A DNA stretch of 64,000 nt from Bacteroidota bacterium. GTDB taxonomy: Bacteria; Bacteroidota; Bacteroidia; UBA4408. The stretch covers positions 14,037-78,036 of the forward strand of contig JBKCNM010000075.1 of assembly GCA_046297395.1 (NCBI GenBank). Direction: 5' to 3'. The notes beneath the pieces were generated by a model. That model had not been told where the DNA came from and made no database searches. It saw nothing but the letters and a program-made list of their open reading frames with translations. This document shows, piece after piece, positions 29,743 through 39,726 of the stretch (position 1 is its first letter; every line of letters begins with the position of its first letter). The position numbers were made by a program, and so were the translations under genes.

Positions 29743-30026
29743 ATAGCGTTAGGCGGTGTGTTGATTGGCAGGATAATTTGCTTGTGCCTGTGGGCTATTG
29801 GTGATGCGGGGATACTCATGTTCAAGCTTTCGGCTGGGTTGCCCAAAATGGCTTTGATTGGTTTTTTAAGGGCCTCAAAAGTACAAAGAAGAGATGGTTC
29901 GTCAAGCGGCTACAAGGGCTTAAAATCGAATTCAATACACAAAACCGTTCTCCTTTGAGGATGATATCCTCCTGCATAGCAGAGAAATTGGGGGATTTCT
30001 AGACCCGGATGGCAAGAGGCTCGTGC

Positions 30027-31148
30027 CTATTCATCCTGCAGGGCCTTGGAATAAATACCGTAGAGCTTTTCGGAAAAAGCCTTCGGGGAATGAATTCTAT
30101 TGATTCGGTCGAGGGCCTTGCTGCCTTTTTGTTCGATCAGCGAACGGTTTTCTGCCATGCTTTTCAAGGCGCTGTAAACACCCTCTTCAACCAAATGTGA
30201 AATGCTCTCATAGCCATGGGTAGAAACGGCCGCCGTACCATTTGGATCCTGAGGAATATCGATAACAAAGCCGCAATCATTGTTGTTGATTTCAGGAAAC
30301 GCTCTTATGCTTGTAGTGATAACGGGGGTGGCGCAGGCCTGTGCTTCCAGCACCACATAGCCGAATGTTTCCTGGGTGGATGGAATAAGAAGCACATGGT
30401 TTTTCTTCATGATCTCAAACACCTCTGTATTATCCTTGATTGGAAAATACTTGCAAAATGGGGATTCCCCCAGTATTTTTTTCCACTTTTCTTCATCCTC
30501 TTTTGCTGTAAAGGTGATGAGAGAGTCTGCCAGAATTTTAGAAACAATGGTAAATTCTATCCGACAGCCTTCGCGGTGTAGCCTTTCCACCGCCCTGAAA
30601 ACTTCTCTTCCCCCTTTGCTGAAAAAATAATGACCAACCAATAATACCCTAAAGGTTTCGTCATGCAGATTTTTGTCGAAGACATCTACCATAGGTTGCT
30701 GTGGTGGCAATACCACCTCCATCTTGTTTTGTATTCCTGAGACAAAATCCGGATGTGAGGATTGAAGAAAATCAAGGTAGAAGCGATGATTGAAATCAGA
30801 GAAGGGAATAATTTTTTTACAGGCGCGACCTGCAATTTTTTCGAGTCCCAGCAGGGTGTGTTTTGTATCTGTTCCGTAACGCGGAAGAAAGGTTTCGAAA
30901 CTGCTTACCCAGGGCTTATTGCCCATGTTTACTCCATTAAAAAAATGATACAGGTCGGCTTTGCCAAAGGAAACCCGGTCGTCAAATGTATTGTGATACC
31001 ACAGCTTTGTTTGGTAAAACATTTTAAAATGCAAATGGTCCAAAATTTTAAAAATATCTGTAACCCTTTTGTGGGTAAACGCCGGGTGGCGGGTACTCAG
31101 TATATTTCTAACTTCGGGGTATCCCTGATGGACAAATCCAATCTTCAT
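30027..31148 (-). CDS. GT4 family glycosyltransferase (glycosyl transferases group 1)
   Basis: 373 aa. The C-terminal half carries the GT-B retaining signature LLIPSTQETFGYVVLEAQACATPVITTSIRAFPE (the E-X7-E region). Confidence 0.75.
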   Translation of the reverse strand: MKIGFVHQGYPEVRNILSTRHPAFTHKRVTDIFKILDHLHFKMFYQTKLWYHNTFDDRVSFGKADLYHFFNGVNMGNKPWVSSFETFLPRYGTDTKHTLLGLEKIAGRACKKIIPFSDFNHRFYLDFLQSSHPDFVSGIQNKMEVVLPPQQPMVDVFDKNLHDETFRVLLVGHYFFSKGGREVFRAVERLHREGCRIEFTIVSKILADSLITFTAKEDEEKWKKILGESPFCKYFPIKDNTEVFEIMKKNHVLLIPSTQETFGYVVLEAQACATPVITTSIRAFPEINNNDCGFVIDIPQDPNGTAAVSTHGYESISHLVEEGVYSALKSMAENRSLIEQKGSKALDRINRIHSPKAFSEKLYGIYSKALQDE

Positions 31149-31391
31149 GACACTTCTGCTTCGGTAAATGTATGCTACTCCGCAATGTAATGATAATTTT
31201 ATTTACTGCCCGGATTTATGCAGGTGAATAAATTCCCGAAATCCTTTGTCATCTGTTTGGTTTTCTCTTTGCTGGGTTCGTATTATCCGTGATTTTACAT
31301 CCTGTTATTTCGTGCGGGCTGTTTTTGTTTTTTGCTTATCATTGGCATGGTGGAAAGGTATTGTGTTCATGATGTTTAAAATAAAAAGCTT

Positions 31392-32417
31392 ATGGGTAAT
31401 TTTTTTACCGTTGATATTCATACGCATATTCTGCCTGAACACATTCCAGATTTTGGAAGGATGTTTGGCTATGGGGGCTTCATCAGGCTTGATCATTTAA
31501 GCCGCAAAGAAGGCGCTCCCTGTTGTGCCAATATGATGATTGATGACCGGTTTTTCAGAACCATTGAAGACAATTGCTGGGATCCTGATGTAAGGATTGC
31601 TGATTGCAAGAAACATCGGGTGAATCTACAGGTCCTGTCAACTGTTCCGGTGATGTTTAGTTATTGGGCAAAGCCGGATGATTGCCTTCAGGTAGCCCGG
31701 TTTTTAAATGACCATATTGCCGGAATTGTGAACAGGTACCCGGGGCGTTTTGAGGGCTTGGGAACATTGCCAATGCAGGCTCCGGCGCTGGCGGTAAAGG
31801 AGCTTGAAAGATGTAAAACCATAGGCTTGAGGGGCATACAAATCGGATCAAACATTGAAGGGAAAAATTTAAGCGATCCATCTTTGATGGAAGTATATGC
31901 CGCCTGCGAAGAACTGGATTTATGCGTGTTTGTGCATCCCTGGAACATGATGGGGCAGGAGCGGATGCAAAAATACTGGCTTCCCTGGCTTGTGGGCATG
32001 CCTGCCGAAAGCAGCCTGGCTATTTGCTCCATGATTTTCGGCGGGGTTTTTCAAAGGTTTCCGCGCTTGCGTGTAGCTTTTGCACATGGCGGAGGATCTT
32101 TTCCTTTTACCTTGGGAAGGATTCAACACGGTTTTGATTGCAGGCCCGATCTGGTAGCCATCGATAATCCCGTGGCGCCTTCACAATATGTAGGAAAATT
32201 CTGGCTCGACTCGCTTGTGCATGATCCCCGGGCACTTTCTTATCTGGTTGACCTTTTTGGCGAAGCCAAAATATGCCTCGGAAGCGATTATCCTTTTCCA
32301 TTGGGAGAAGATAAGCCCGGCGAATTAATCAGACGAACAGGACTATCAGATGACGCAAAAGAATGGATGTTGGGAAAATCTGCCCTGCAATGGTTGGGAT
32401 TGAATTTACCCACCTGA
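31392..32417 (+). CDS. Amidohydrolase-2 family protein, ACMSD-like (2-amino-3-carboxymuconate-6-semialdehyde decarboxylase family)
   Basis: 341 aa. N-terminus DIHTHILPEHIPDFGRMFGYGGFIRLDH closely matches the ACMSD start (DIHSHILP..WPD....FGYGGW..L.H). The metal ligands HxH...H...D are spaced as in the ACMSD / LigW / gamma-resorcylate decarboxylase family. Confidence 0.75.
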   Translation: MGNFFTVDIHTHILPEHIPDFGRMFGYGGFIRLDHLSRKEGAPCCANMMIDDRFFRTIEDNCWDPDVRIADCKKHRVNLQVLSTVPVMFSYWAKPDDCLQVARFLNDHIAGIVNRYPGRFEGLGTLPMQAPALAVKELERCKTIGLRGIQIGSNIEGKNLSDPSLMEVYAACEELDLCVFVHPWNMMGQERMQKYWLPWLVGMPAESSLAICSMIFGGVFQRFPRLRVAFAHGGGSFPFTLGRIQHGFDCRPDLVAIDNPVAPSQYVGKFWLDSLVHDPRALSYLVDLFGEAKICLGSDYPFPLGEDKPGELIRRTGLSDDAKEWMLGKSALQWLGLNLPT

Positions 32418-32435
32418 TTTGCACAGCCCGAAAAA

Positions 32436-33188
32436 TTAAACCGTCTTTATCCTTGACATTAACTCGTCCCGATGAGAAGCACCAATGGGTATAATCGTGT
32501 TCTGTTTCTCAATGGTTAACTCGTTTCCGTTGATGCTTGAAATTTTGTCGATTCTCACGACATATGAACGATGCACTCGAATGAATGAAGGGCTGCTGAG
32601 CTTGCTCTCGATATCTTTCATGGTTGTGTGAATCACATAATCCTTATTTTCTGTGCATACCTTGACATAATCTTTGAGGGCTTCCACAAATAATATTTCG
32701 CTCATCTTTACTTTATCCAGGCGCGCATGCGATTTCAGAAAAAGAACCCCGTTTTCATCTTTGTTCTCAATGAGTGAATAGAGCAAGTCTCTTTCCTTTT
32801 TTACGGCCAGGTCACTGGAGTGCTTATGAATAGCCATTTCAATCGTTGTATGTAAATCGATTTCTTTAAATGGCTTGATGATATACCCATAAGGCTCTGT
32901 TACTTTGGCTTTTGAAAGCGTGCTTTTGTCTGCATAAGCAGTTAAAAATACAACCGGTATGTCCAGGCTTTTCTTGATGATTTCAGCCGTTTCTATTCCC
33001 GATACATCCCCTTTGAGCATGATATCCATCAGGATCAGATCCGGTTTTTTCTCCCTGGCTGCCAAGAGGGCCTGTTCGGAAGTTGAGCAGATGTCTGCTA
33101 CCTGATAGCCTTGTTTCTTCAGGCTTTGTTGTATGTCTTTGGCAACGATGCCTTCGTCTTCTACAATCAGAATGTTAAAGGTTGACAT
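32436..33188 (-). CDS. LytTR family two-component response regulator
   Basis: The REC domain has FNILIVEDEGIVAKDI...PDLILMDIMLKG (phospho-acceptor Asp). The C-terminal LytTR DNA-binding domain has IRVHRSYVVRIDKISSI. The start is taken at the internal Met MSTFNIL, which sits 4 nt downstream of the kinase stop codon. Confidence 0.85.
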   Translation of the reverse strand: MSTFNILIVEDEGIVAKDIQQSLKKQGYQVADICSTSEQALLAAREKKPDLILMDIMLKGDVSGIETAEIIKKSLDIPVVFLTAYADKSTLSKAKVTEPYGYIIKPFKEIDLHTTIEMAIHKHSSDLAVKKERDLLYSLIENKDENGVLFLKSHARLDKVKMSEILFVEALKDYVKVCTENKDYVIHTTMKDIESKLSSPSFIRVHRSYVVRIDKISSINGNELTIEKQNTIIPIGASHRDELMSRIKTV

Positions 33189-33192
33189 GTAT

Positions 33193-34965
33193 TCATTTTT
33201 TATGGTGATGAAATCTGATGGTGAAAAGGGTTCCTGCATCCTCATTTGGCTGCATGCTTATTTCTCCATCAAGCTGATTGGTAAGTGCCATGATTAATTG
33301 CATTCCCAAGGAATTGGTGTCCTTGTAATTGATGTGTCCGGGAAAGCCTTTACCATTATCGCCCACCTTCAAAGTTATAAAATCTTTTTCCTTGCGAAAC
33401 GAAATCTGCAACTTAGGGTTTTCCACCGAAGAGAAGGCGTGTTTGAAAGCATTGGATACCATTTCGTTAATGATCAATCCGCATGGAATCGAATAATCCA
33501 AATCGAGCATCAGGTCTTCCAGGTCAAATTCTATTTCGGTTGTTCCTTTCTGAAGTGTAGCGCTTTGTGAAAGGTTGTTTACAAGCATACGGATATATTC
33601 TCCCGTGTTAAGGGCCGAAATATCGTTGTGCTGGTATAGATATTCGTGAATGAGAGCCATTGAAGAAATCCGGTTTTGTATTTCCCGGAGAATCTCAATT
33701 GCTTTCTCATCATCCATGTATTGCGTTTGAAGATTGAGGATGGAGTAAATTACCTGAAGGTTGTTTTTTACCCGGTGATGCACTTCTTTGAGAAGAATTT
33801 CTTTTTCCAGAAGTGATTTGCGGATATCTTCTTCTATGTTTTTCTTTTCGGTAATGTCGTGAATGATATACGAGATTTCCTCTGTTTTACGACCCGGGAT
33901 GATAATTGGATCGAGGTATCCATCTACCCATACATGCGTATTGTTCCATAGATGAATTTTGTGTTCGAACCGTTTTTTTCCTCCCTGTAAAGCTTCATTA
34001 TGCAGGGATAAGAAGTATCGCTTCTGGCTTTCATCCATCATTTTGGTAAAAACATCTGCCATGGTCTTGTTTGCAACAGGATATTTTCCCGTTATCTTTT
34101 CGAAAGCATTGGCAAAATTTTGATTAAACGCTGTTATCACCAGGCGGCTGTTGATGGTTACCATTGCCTGGGAGGAACTGTTGAAGATGGCCCTCAGTTT
34201 TGCAGATTGCTCGGTAAGTTTTTCCTGAGCAATTTTCTTTTCTGTAAAATCATCAAAAAAGACAAGAAAGTAATCGGGATTGTTTTTTGCATCCAGAACA
34301 ACTTGAATCGATTCATTTCCATAGCGTATTTTTCCGGTTGCTGTAATTAAACGAAGCTCACGGTTGCTCCTTGTTTTAGATAGGTTAAGTAAATCCCTGT
34401 TGATTTTTATTGTCGCTTCCCTGTCATCCGGATGTGTAAATTCCAGAATGTTTTTCGACTCTAATTCCGAGATATTATATTCCAATATTTCTGACATTCT
34501 TCGGTTAGCCTGCGTTATCTTTCCGAAAACATCTACGGTTAACATCCCCAGATAATCCTGCTCAAATACAGCTTTGTATCGCTGTTCGTAAAGAAGCGAT
34601 TTTTCTTCTGTCAGTTTCTGTTCAGAAATATTTTTAAATAATCCTAGATACTTATTTCCACCATCCTTGGTGGAATCGTGAATAAAAAACCCTTCTGCTA
34701 TCAGAATGCGTCCATTGCTTTTAACAAATGGGATCTCTATTTGGGCAGGTTTAATTTCTTGGTCTGGAGTCTGATTTTTTTTTTCGTAAAGGTGGTAATA
34801 ATCGGGGTGTATAAAATCTCTTGTGTGCAGGGTATTGATGATGTCTTGCCGGTATCCCAGCTCTTCAAGCCAAGCTCTGTTGGCATAAGTTAATTTTCCG
34901 TTGTGATCTGTTACAAAAACAAGGTCGCTCGTATACTTTAAAACCACTTTTAAAAAATCTTCCAT
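33193..34965 (-). CDS. Multi-PAS sensor histidine kinase, HisKA_2 (HWE-like) type, cytoplasmic
   Basis: 590 aa with no TM segment. Three PAS-like modules are followed by the H-box EVHHRVKNNLQVIYSILNLQTQ (HisKA_2) and an HATPase_c domain (N-box NEMVSNAFKHAF and G-boxes DNGKGF...GMQLI). Confidence 0.8.
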   Translation of the reverse strand: MEDFLKVVLKYTSDLVFVTDHNGKLTYANRAWLEELGYRQDIINTLHTRDFIHPDYYHLYEKKNQTPDQEIKPAQIEIPFVKSNGRILIAEGFFIHDSTKDGGNKYLGLFKNISEQKLTEEKSLLYEQRYKAVFEQDYLGMLTVDVFGKITQANRRMSEILEYNISELESKNILEFTHPDDREATIKINRDLLNLSKTRSNRELRLITATGKIRYGNESIQVVLDAKNNPDYFLVFFDDFTEKKIAQEKLTEQSAKLRAIFNSSSQAMVTINSRLVITAFNQNFANAFEKITGKYPVANKTMADVFTKMMDESQKRYFLSLHNEALQGGKKRFEHKIHLWNNTHVWVDGYLDPIIIPGRKTEEISYIIHDITEKKNIEEDIRKSLLEKEILLKEVHHRVKNNLQVIYSILNLQTQYMDDEKAIEILREIQNRISSMALIHEYLYQHNDISALNTGEYIRMLVNNLSQSATLQKGTTEIEFDLEDLMLDLDYSIPCGLIINEMVSNAFKHAFSSVENPKLQISFRKEKDFITLKVGDNGKGFPGHINYKDTNSLGMQLIMALTNQLDGEISMQPNEDAGTLFTIRFHHHKK

Positions 34966-34991
34966 CTTGAATCTCCTGTAGGGTAATTTGT

Positions 34992-36521
34992 TTATTTATC
35001 GGGGTTTGTCTCGGGAAATGAAATGTTGTTGCCATTGAATTTAACTTCCTGATCATTCTGGTATTCTATCGTATAGAGAAGGGTTCCGTCTATATCATAT
35101 TTCCTCCATTTTCCGTCTTTCTGTCCCATAATAAATTTTCCTTCCTGCATAACCCGTCCATTATCATAATAGATGATATGTTTTCCGTTTTCAAGATTCT
35201 CTATAAATTCACCTTTGTATGCTGTCTTTCCATTGTTGTAAAACCATTTCCATTCTCCGGTTCTTTGTCCGGCTTTAAAATTTCCTTCCTGTCTTTCATC
35301 GCCATCTTCCAGAAACCAAAATCCTTCTTTTTCGCCCTCTACATACATTCCCCTTGTAATCACTTTTCCTGAGTCTGTATATTCTCTCATCTCTCCCTCA
35401 GATAAACCATTGATGAATGATTCTTCCCTGAGTGTATTTCCACTCTCATAGTACCATGTCCAGTTGCCTTCGGGTTTTCCGTTCTTGTTATAACTGCCCG
35501 TTTGCTCCTTCTTGCCATTCTGATAAAAGAAATTCCACTTTCCTGTTTTTTTGCCATTCAGGTATGTGCCTTGTGCACGAATTTCGCCCGTGGGATAAAA
35601 TTCCTTCCACTCACCCTGTTGCCATCCTCTTTCGTCCATGAGGCCCTGTGCTGTGAGTAAGCCACCCTTGTATATTTTGGCATCAATGGGTTTTCCATTT
35701 TCATCAAAAATTTTCGTTATTCCCTCTGCTACTCCCTGTTTATAGGTTCCTGAAGATTTTATTTTGCCATTTTCATAAAATTCATTCCGGGTATCGAGCA
35801 TGATTAATTCCGCAGCATTTTGCTGGAGGTTACCATCTATGTATTTAGCGGTTTTTATCAGGTCTCCCTTGATGTTGTATTCTTTGTAATAACCATCCAA
35901 ACGATCATTCTCATACCTGCATTCTATTTTTACATTGAGGTTTGGAAAAAACATTTTCCAGTTTCCCTGTTTACGACCTGCAGCATCTTTCCTGTTTATT
36001 CGTTCCTCTCGTTGCAAAAATCCGTTCTTGTATGTGGTGATGGTAATGATGGTGCTATCCGCAACATACTCATATCCTTTACCTATTTCTTTACCTGCTG
36101 TGAAGGGAACTGTTTTGTATACAAATCCCTTCTTGTAATATTTCACAATTCCTTCTCTTACATCATTCACAAAAGGCTCTTCGGATAAAAGAAACCCTGA
36201 ATCAGGATCAAACACCTGTTTCAAGCCGTTTTTCTTTCCTTCTTTGTAATAAATCGTTTGCTGTAGTTTCCCATTTTTACCGAAAAACTTCCATAAACTG
36301 TCTAACTGATAATTTTTTCTGTTTCCTTCTGTTTTTAATGCTCCATTTTCAAAATAAGTTTTCCAGTAGCCATCAGGTTTCCCATTTTTTAATAATCCTT
36401 CTGACGAAACAGCACCGGATGGATAATAATACTTTTTATATCCATCCGTAATCGTATCGGTTTGTGCCGAAGAGTATCTGAAGAACACCAAAAGAAATAA
36501 TATCGACAAAAAAATCCTCAT
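34992..36521 (-). CDS. Secreted MORN-variant repeat protein (YwqK-like), about 20 repeats
   Basis: 509 aa with a signal peptide (MRIFLSILFLLVFFRYSSAQ). Many repeats of the G.W..Yy.NGk type (GYWKTYFENGALKTEG, GEWKEFYPTGEIRAQG, GKWNFFYQNGKKEQTG ...). Confidence 0.6.
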   Translation of the reverse strand: MRIFLSILFLLVFFRYSSAQTDTITDGYKKYYYPSGAVSSEGLLKNGKPDGYWKTYFENGALKTEGNRKNYQLDSLWKFFGKNGKLQQTIYYKEGKKNGLKQVFDPDSGFLLSEEPFVNDVREGIVKYYKKGFVYKTVPFTAGKEIGKGYEYVADSTIITITTYKNGFLQREERINRKDAAGRKQGNWKMFFPNLNVKIECRYENDRLDGYYKEYNIKGDLIKTAKYIDGNLQQNAAELIMLDTRNEFYENGKIKSSGTYKQGVAEGITKIFDENGKPIDAKIYKGGLLTAQGLMDERGWQQGEWKEFYPTGEIRAQGTYLNGKKTGKWNFFYQNGKKEQTGSYNKNGKPEGNWTWYYESGNTLREESFINGLSEGEMREYTDSGKVITRGMYVEGEKEGFWFLEDGDERQEGNFKAGQRTGEWKWFYNNGKTAYKGEFIENLENGKHIIYYDNGRVMQEGKFIMGQKDGKWRKYDIDGTLLYTIEYQNDQEVKFNGNNISFPETNPDK

Positions 36522-36528
36522 ATTTTAT

Positions 36529-37467
36529 TTATGCAAGGCCTGCCTCTCTTGATATTTCAATCATTTTAAGAATGGGTTTTTCTGCTTTCCGCCTGGTCTT
36601 CTCATCCATCAGAATTTCAGGACTTTCATCAAGCAAACATTGGTAAAGTTTTTCAATGGTATTGAGTTTCATGTGAGGACAATCATTGCAGGCACATGCA
36701 TTCAAGGGAGGACCGGGAATAAAAATTTTATGTGGGGATGCTTTTACCATTTGATGGATAATTCCGGACTCTGTTACCACAATAAATTCATCAGCAACAT
36801 CTTTCAGGGTATAGTGAAGAAGGGCAGTGGTGCTTCCTGTAAAATCAGACAATGAAAGCACATCAGCGGTACATTCGGGATGACAGATTACTTTTGCTTT
36901 TGGATGCTGTATTTTTAACTCAGCTATTTTTCGGTAAGAAAATATTTCATGTACCATACAACTTCCATCCCATAAGAGCATCTCTCTGCCTGTTTGAGAT
37001 ACAATGTAATTTCCTAAATTTTTATCTGGTGCAAAAATTATTTTTTGCTCAGGCGGCAAACTGTTAACTACAGCCATTGCATTGCTGGAGGTACAAATAA
37101 TATCTGTCATTGCCTTTATTTCAGCTGTGCAATTGATATAGGAAATCACCAGATGATCAGGATGCAATTGTCTGAATTTTGCAAAATCGTCTGCCTTGCA
37201 TGAATCGGCTAATGAGCATCCGGCTTTCAGATCGGGTAAAAGTACTTTCTTATTTGGATTGAGAATCTTCGCTGTTTCCGCCATAAAGTGAACGCCTGCA
37301 AAAACAATAATGTCGGCTTTTGTTTTTGAAGCCTGCACGGACAGACCTAAACTATCTCCCAAATAATCTGCTACATCCTGAATATCTTTATCCTGATAAT
37401 AATGAGCTAAAATTACTGCATTCTTTTTCTTTTTAAGCGTGTCTATTTCTTTGAATATATCTATCAT
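36529..37467 (-). CDS. nadA: Quinolinate synthase NadA
   Basis: 312 aa. [24 protein letters not shown] and ...[16 protein letters not shown] are canonical NadA segments. The cluster-ligand cysteines are present. Confidence 0.9.
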   Translation of the reverse strand: MIDIFKEIDTLKKKKNAVILAHYYQDKDIQDVADYLGDSLGLSVQASKTKADIIVFAGVHFMAETAKILNPNKKVLLPDLKAGCSLADSCKADDFAKFRQLHPDHLVISYINCTAEIKAMTDIICTSSNAMAVVNSLPPEQKIIFAPDKNLGNYIVSQTGREMLLWDGSCMVHEIFSYRKIAELKIQHPKAKVICHPECTADVLSLSDFTGSTTALLHYTLKDVADEFIVVTESGIIHQMVKASPHKIFIPGPPLNACACNDCPHMKLNTIEKLYQCLLDESPEILMDEKTRRKAEKPILKMIEISREAGLA

Positions 37468-37951
37468 TTTAAATCAATATTTTATCTATTCTTTATTATG
37501 TCTGTTAATACTGTTGATATCTCGTTGTTTAAACATTAAAGACGGGCTTTTGAGTTTGATATAAACATCTTTTCAACATATTTTTCACTTCAAATGTATT
37601 GATAATAATGCGTTTTTTAAGATAATTAACAAGCTGTTCATAAAATCACTTCGTACTTGTGTTCATTACTCTGCTTGTGAAAATAATTTTTAAAAAAACT
37701 GATAAAAATCAGCAAATCGGCTTTCAGTTTTCATAACTCTTTATATGGGAGGTGTGTTGATTAAAAACATCTTAAAAATTTCCTACAAAAATAAACCTTA
37801 ATGAACAGGGCAGGTGTTAACAAATAGAGCAAAAAGCATATTCATTTTCAAGGATTTATTTTTTTTCAAAGGTTATAAATAGCGTATTGTAAAGCCCGAG
37901 AATTTTTTTAAGCAAGGTGTGAAGACCAAGATTAGTGTGTAGTTTTATCAC

Positions 37952-38383
37952 ATGAAAACCATTGGTATTGCTTGTGACCACGCCGGCTATCAACTCAAAG
38001 AATTTCTTAAAACCAAACTTTGTGAAAAATATAGGCTGGTCGATTTTGGCACAGACAGCGAAAATAGTATGGACTATCCTGATGTGGCTCATCCTCTGGC
38101 AGAAGCTGTTGTTACAGGAAAACTGAGCTGGGGAATAGCCATTTGTGGAAGTGGCAACGGAATAAACATGACCCTGAACAAACATGCCGGAATCCGTTCA
38201 GCTTTGTGCTGGAACACAGAGTTGGCAAGCCTTGCAAGGAAACACAATGACGCAAACATCCTTGCCCTGCCTGCAAGATATATCACAAATGCACTCGCCC
38301 TTGAGATGGCTGAAGTATTTGCTAACACGGATTTCGAAGGCGGACGCCACCAAAACAGGATTCGTAAAATCAATTTATCCTGA
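37952..38383 (+). CDS. rpiB: Ribose-5-phosphate isomerase B
   Basis: 143 aa. MKTIGIACDHAGYQLKEFL ... GIAICGSGNGINMTLNKHAGIRSALCW matches the RpiB/LacAB family closely. Confidence 0.9.
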   Translation: MKTIGIACDHAGYQLKEFLKTKLCEKYRLVDFGTDSENSMDYPDVAHPLAEAVVTGKLSWGIAICGSGNGINMTLNKHAGIRSALCWNTELASLARKHNDANILALPARYITNALALEMAEVFANTDFEGGRHQNRIRKINLS

Positions 38384-38473
38384 GTATGAACAGGCCTTGT
38401 TGATAACAAGCCGAACCTACCCTGAAATCTATGAATACATGAACATAGATTTGAAAAAACTAGCAATCGTTTC

Positions 38474-39673
38474 ATGAGTTTATTGGACAGATTTATCAAG
38501 TCATCGGAGGAGAAATCCCGGGATGAGATGCAGCGCAAATTTGGGCAGCAGGTAGAACAAGAGGCAAATATCCGTTTTCGAGCATTGGATGCGGTTTATG
38601 CAGATAAAGAACTTGCCAGAAACCGCGCTTCCTACATCAAGCGCAAAGCAATAGATAATCTTGATACTTATTTGATTGAATTTGAGAGCCACTTTACCAA
38701 GCGGGGAGGAAAAATCATTTGGGCACAAACCCATCAGGATGCAGGAACAGAGATTGCCAAATACATCACCAAAAAAAATATTTCTTCGGTCTACCTCAAG
38801 GAATCAGAGCTATCTCAGGAAATTTTGCTGGAGGTTGCCCTCAATCGCGAGAAAATAACCATTTTCGGTAACGAACCCTATCAGGTGGCCATCGGAAATG
38901 CACAGTTTATGCTGGCCGATAGTGGTGCTCTGGCATGTATGGCCCAGGACGCAAAAGAGAAAAGGATTTTGCAGCAAGCACAAACGCTGATATTATTGTG
39001 TTCTATTGAGAGAATTCTTCCAAGTGCCAATGACCTCGAACTTTTTGTAAGTCTACTGAATAGTTATTCCGTAGGGGGAAAATATCCTGATTCGGTTCAG
39101 ATTGTGAGTGGAGCAAAACAATCACCCGAACAAGCCGGCAGCAGCGAGGTAGTACTTGTGCTCATAGACAATGGAAGAACGCAGCTGCTTGCTCAACCCG
39201 AACAACGGTATGCGCTTTCATGCATCGGTTGCGGCGCATGTTCTGCGGTATGTCCTGTAACCCAAACCATAGGTACGAAATCCTATGAAAGCGTTTATGC
39301 CGGACCAATTGGTTCGGTAATCATGCCATATATTTCTCTTGATGATGACTATCATCATCTGAGTTATGCCTCAACTTTATGCGGAAAATGCAGGGATGTA
39401 TGTCCGGTAAAAATCGATATTCCCAGAATGCTCGGATTTAACCGACAGGATTTTGTGAGCAAGGGCGCCCTGTCAAAAAAAGACAACATCGCTATGTATT
39501 TCTGGAAAAAAGCCATGCTCCGAAGAACGGTGATGGAGAAGGGTGGTCAAAAACTCAAATCATTTATGTTGCGCCAGTTTTTTAAAAAGGATTGGGGCGA
39601 CAGGCGCGATTTTCCTGAAGTCTCCCCAAAATCTTTTCACACACAATGGTGCGAGAAAAAGGGGCTTCGCTAA
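38474..39673 (+). CDS. LutB/YkgF-like iron-sulfur protein (LUD domain followed by two 4Fe-4S ferredoxin motifs)
   Basis: 399 aa. The N-terminal ~230 aa resemble the LUD (lactate-utilisation) domain. Two cluster motifs follow: CIGCGACSAVCPV and CGKCRDVCPV. No lutA or lutC partner genes are adjacent. Confidence 0.5.
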   Translation: MSLLDRFIKSSEEKSRDEMQRKFGQQVEQEANIRFRALDAVYADKELARNRASYIKRKAIDNLDTYLIEFESHFTKRGGKIIWAQTHQDAGTEIAKYITKKNISSVYLKESELSQEILLEVALNREKITIFGNEPYQVAIGNAQFMLADSGALACMAQDAKEKRILQQAQTLILLCSIERILPSANDLELFVSLLNSYSVGGKYPDSVQIVSGAKQSPEQAGSSEVVLVLIDNGRTQLLAQPEQRYALSCIGCGACSAVCPVTQTIGTKSYESVYAGPIGSVIMPYISLDDDYHHLSYASTLCGKCRDVCPVKIDIPRMLGFNRQDFVSKGALSKKDNIAMYFWKKAMLRRTVMEKGGQKLKSFMLRQFFKKDWGDRRDFPEVSPKSFHTQWCEKKGLR

Positions 39674-39726
39674 AGTTTACGAAAGCCGGATACATCCGTT
39701 TCTTCCTTTACCTGCCCGTATGTATC

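Noticed and set aside
29758-29958. 66-aa ORF in the 280-bp gap between the epimerase and GT4 genes
   Set aside because: Hydrophobic and Cys-rich with no homology signal. More likely promoter or UTR sequence for the GT4 gene.
37468-37951. 480-bp AT-rich gap between nadA and rpiB, considered for an NAD-related riboswitch or sRNA
   Set aside because: I could find no conserved riboswitch-like stem architecture or repeated motifs by eye. It is most simply two divergent AT-rich Bacteroidota promoters. A covariance-model scan would be needed to say more.
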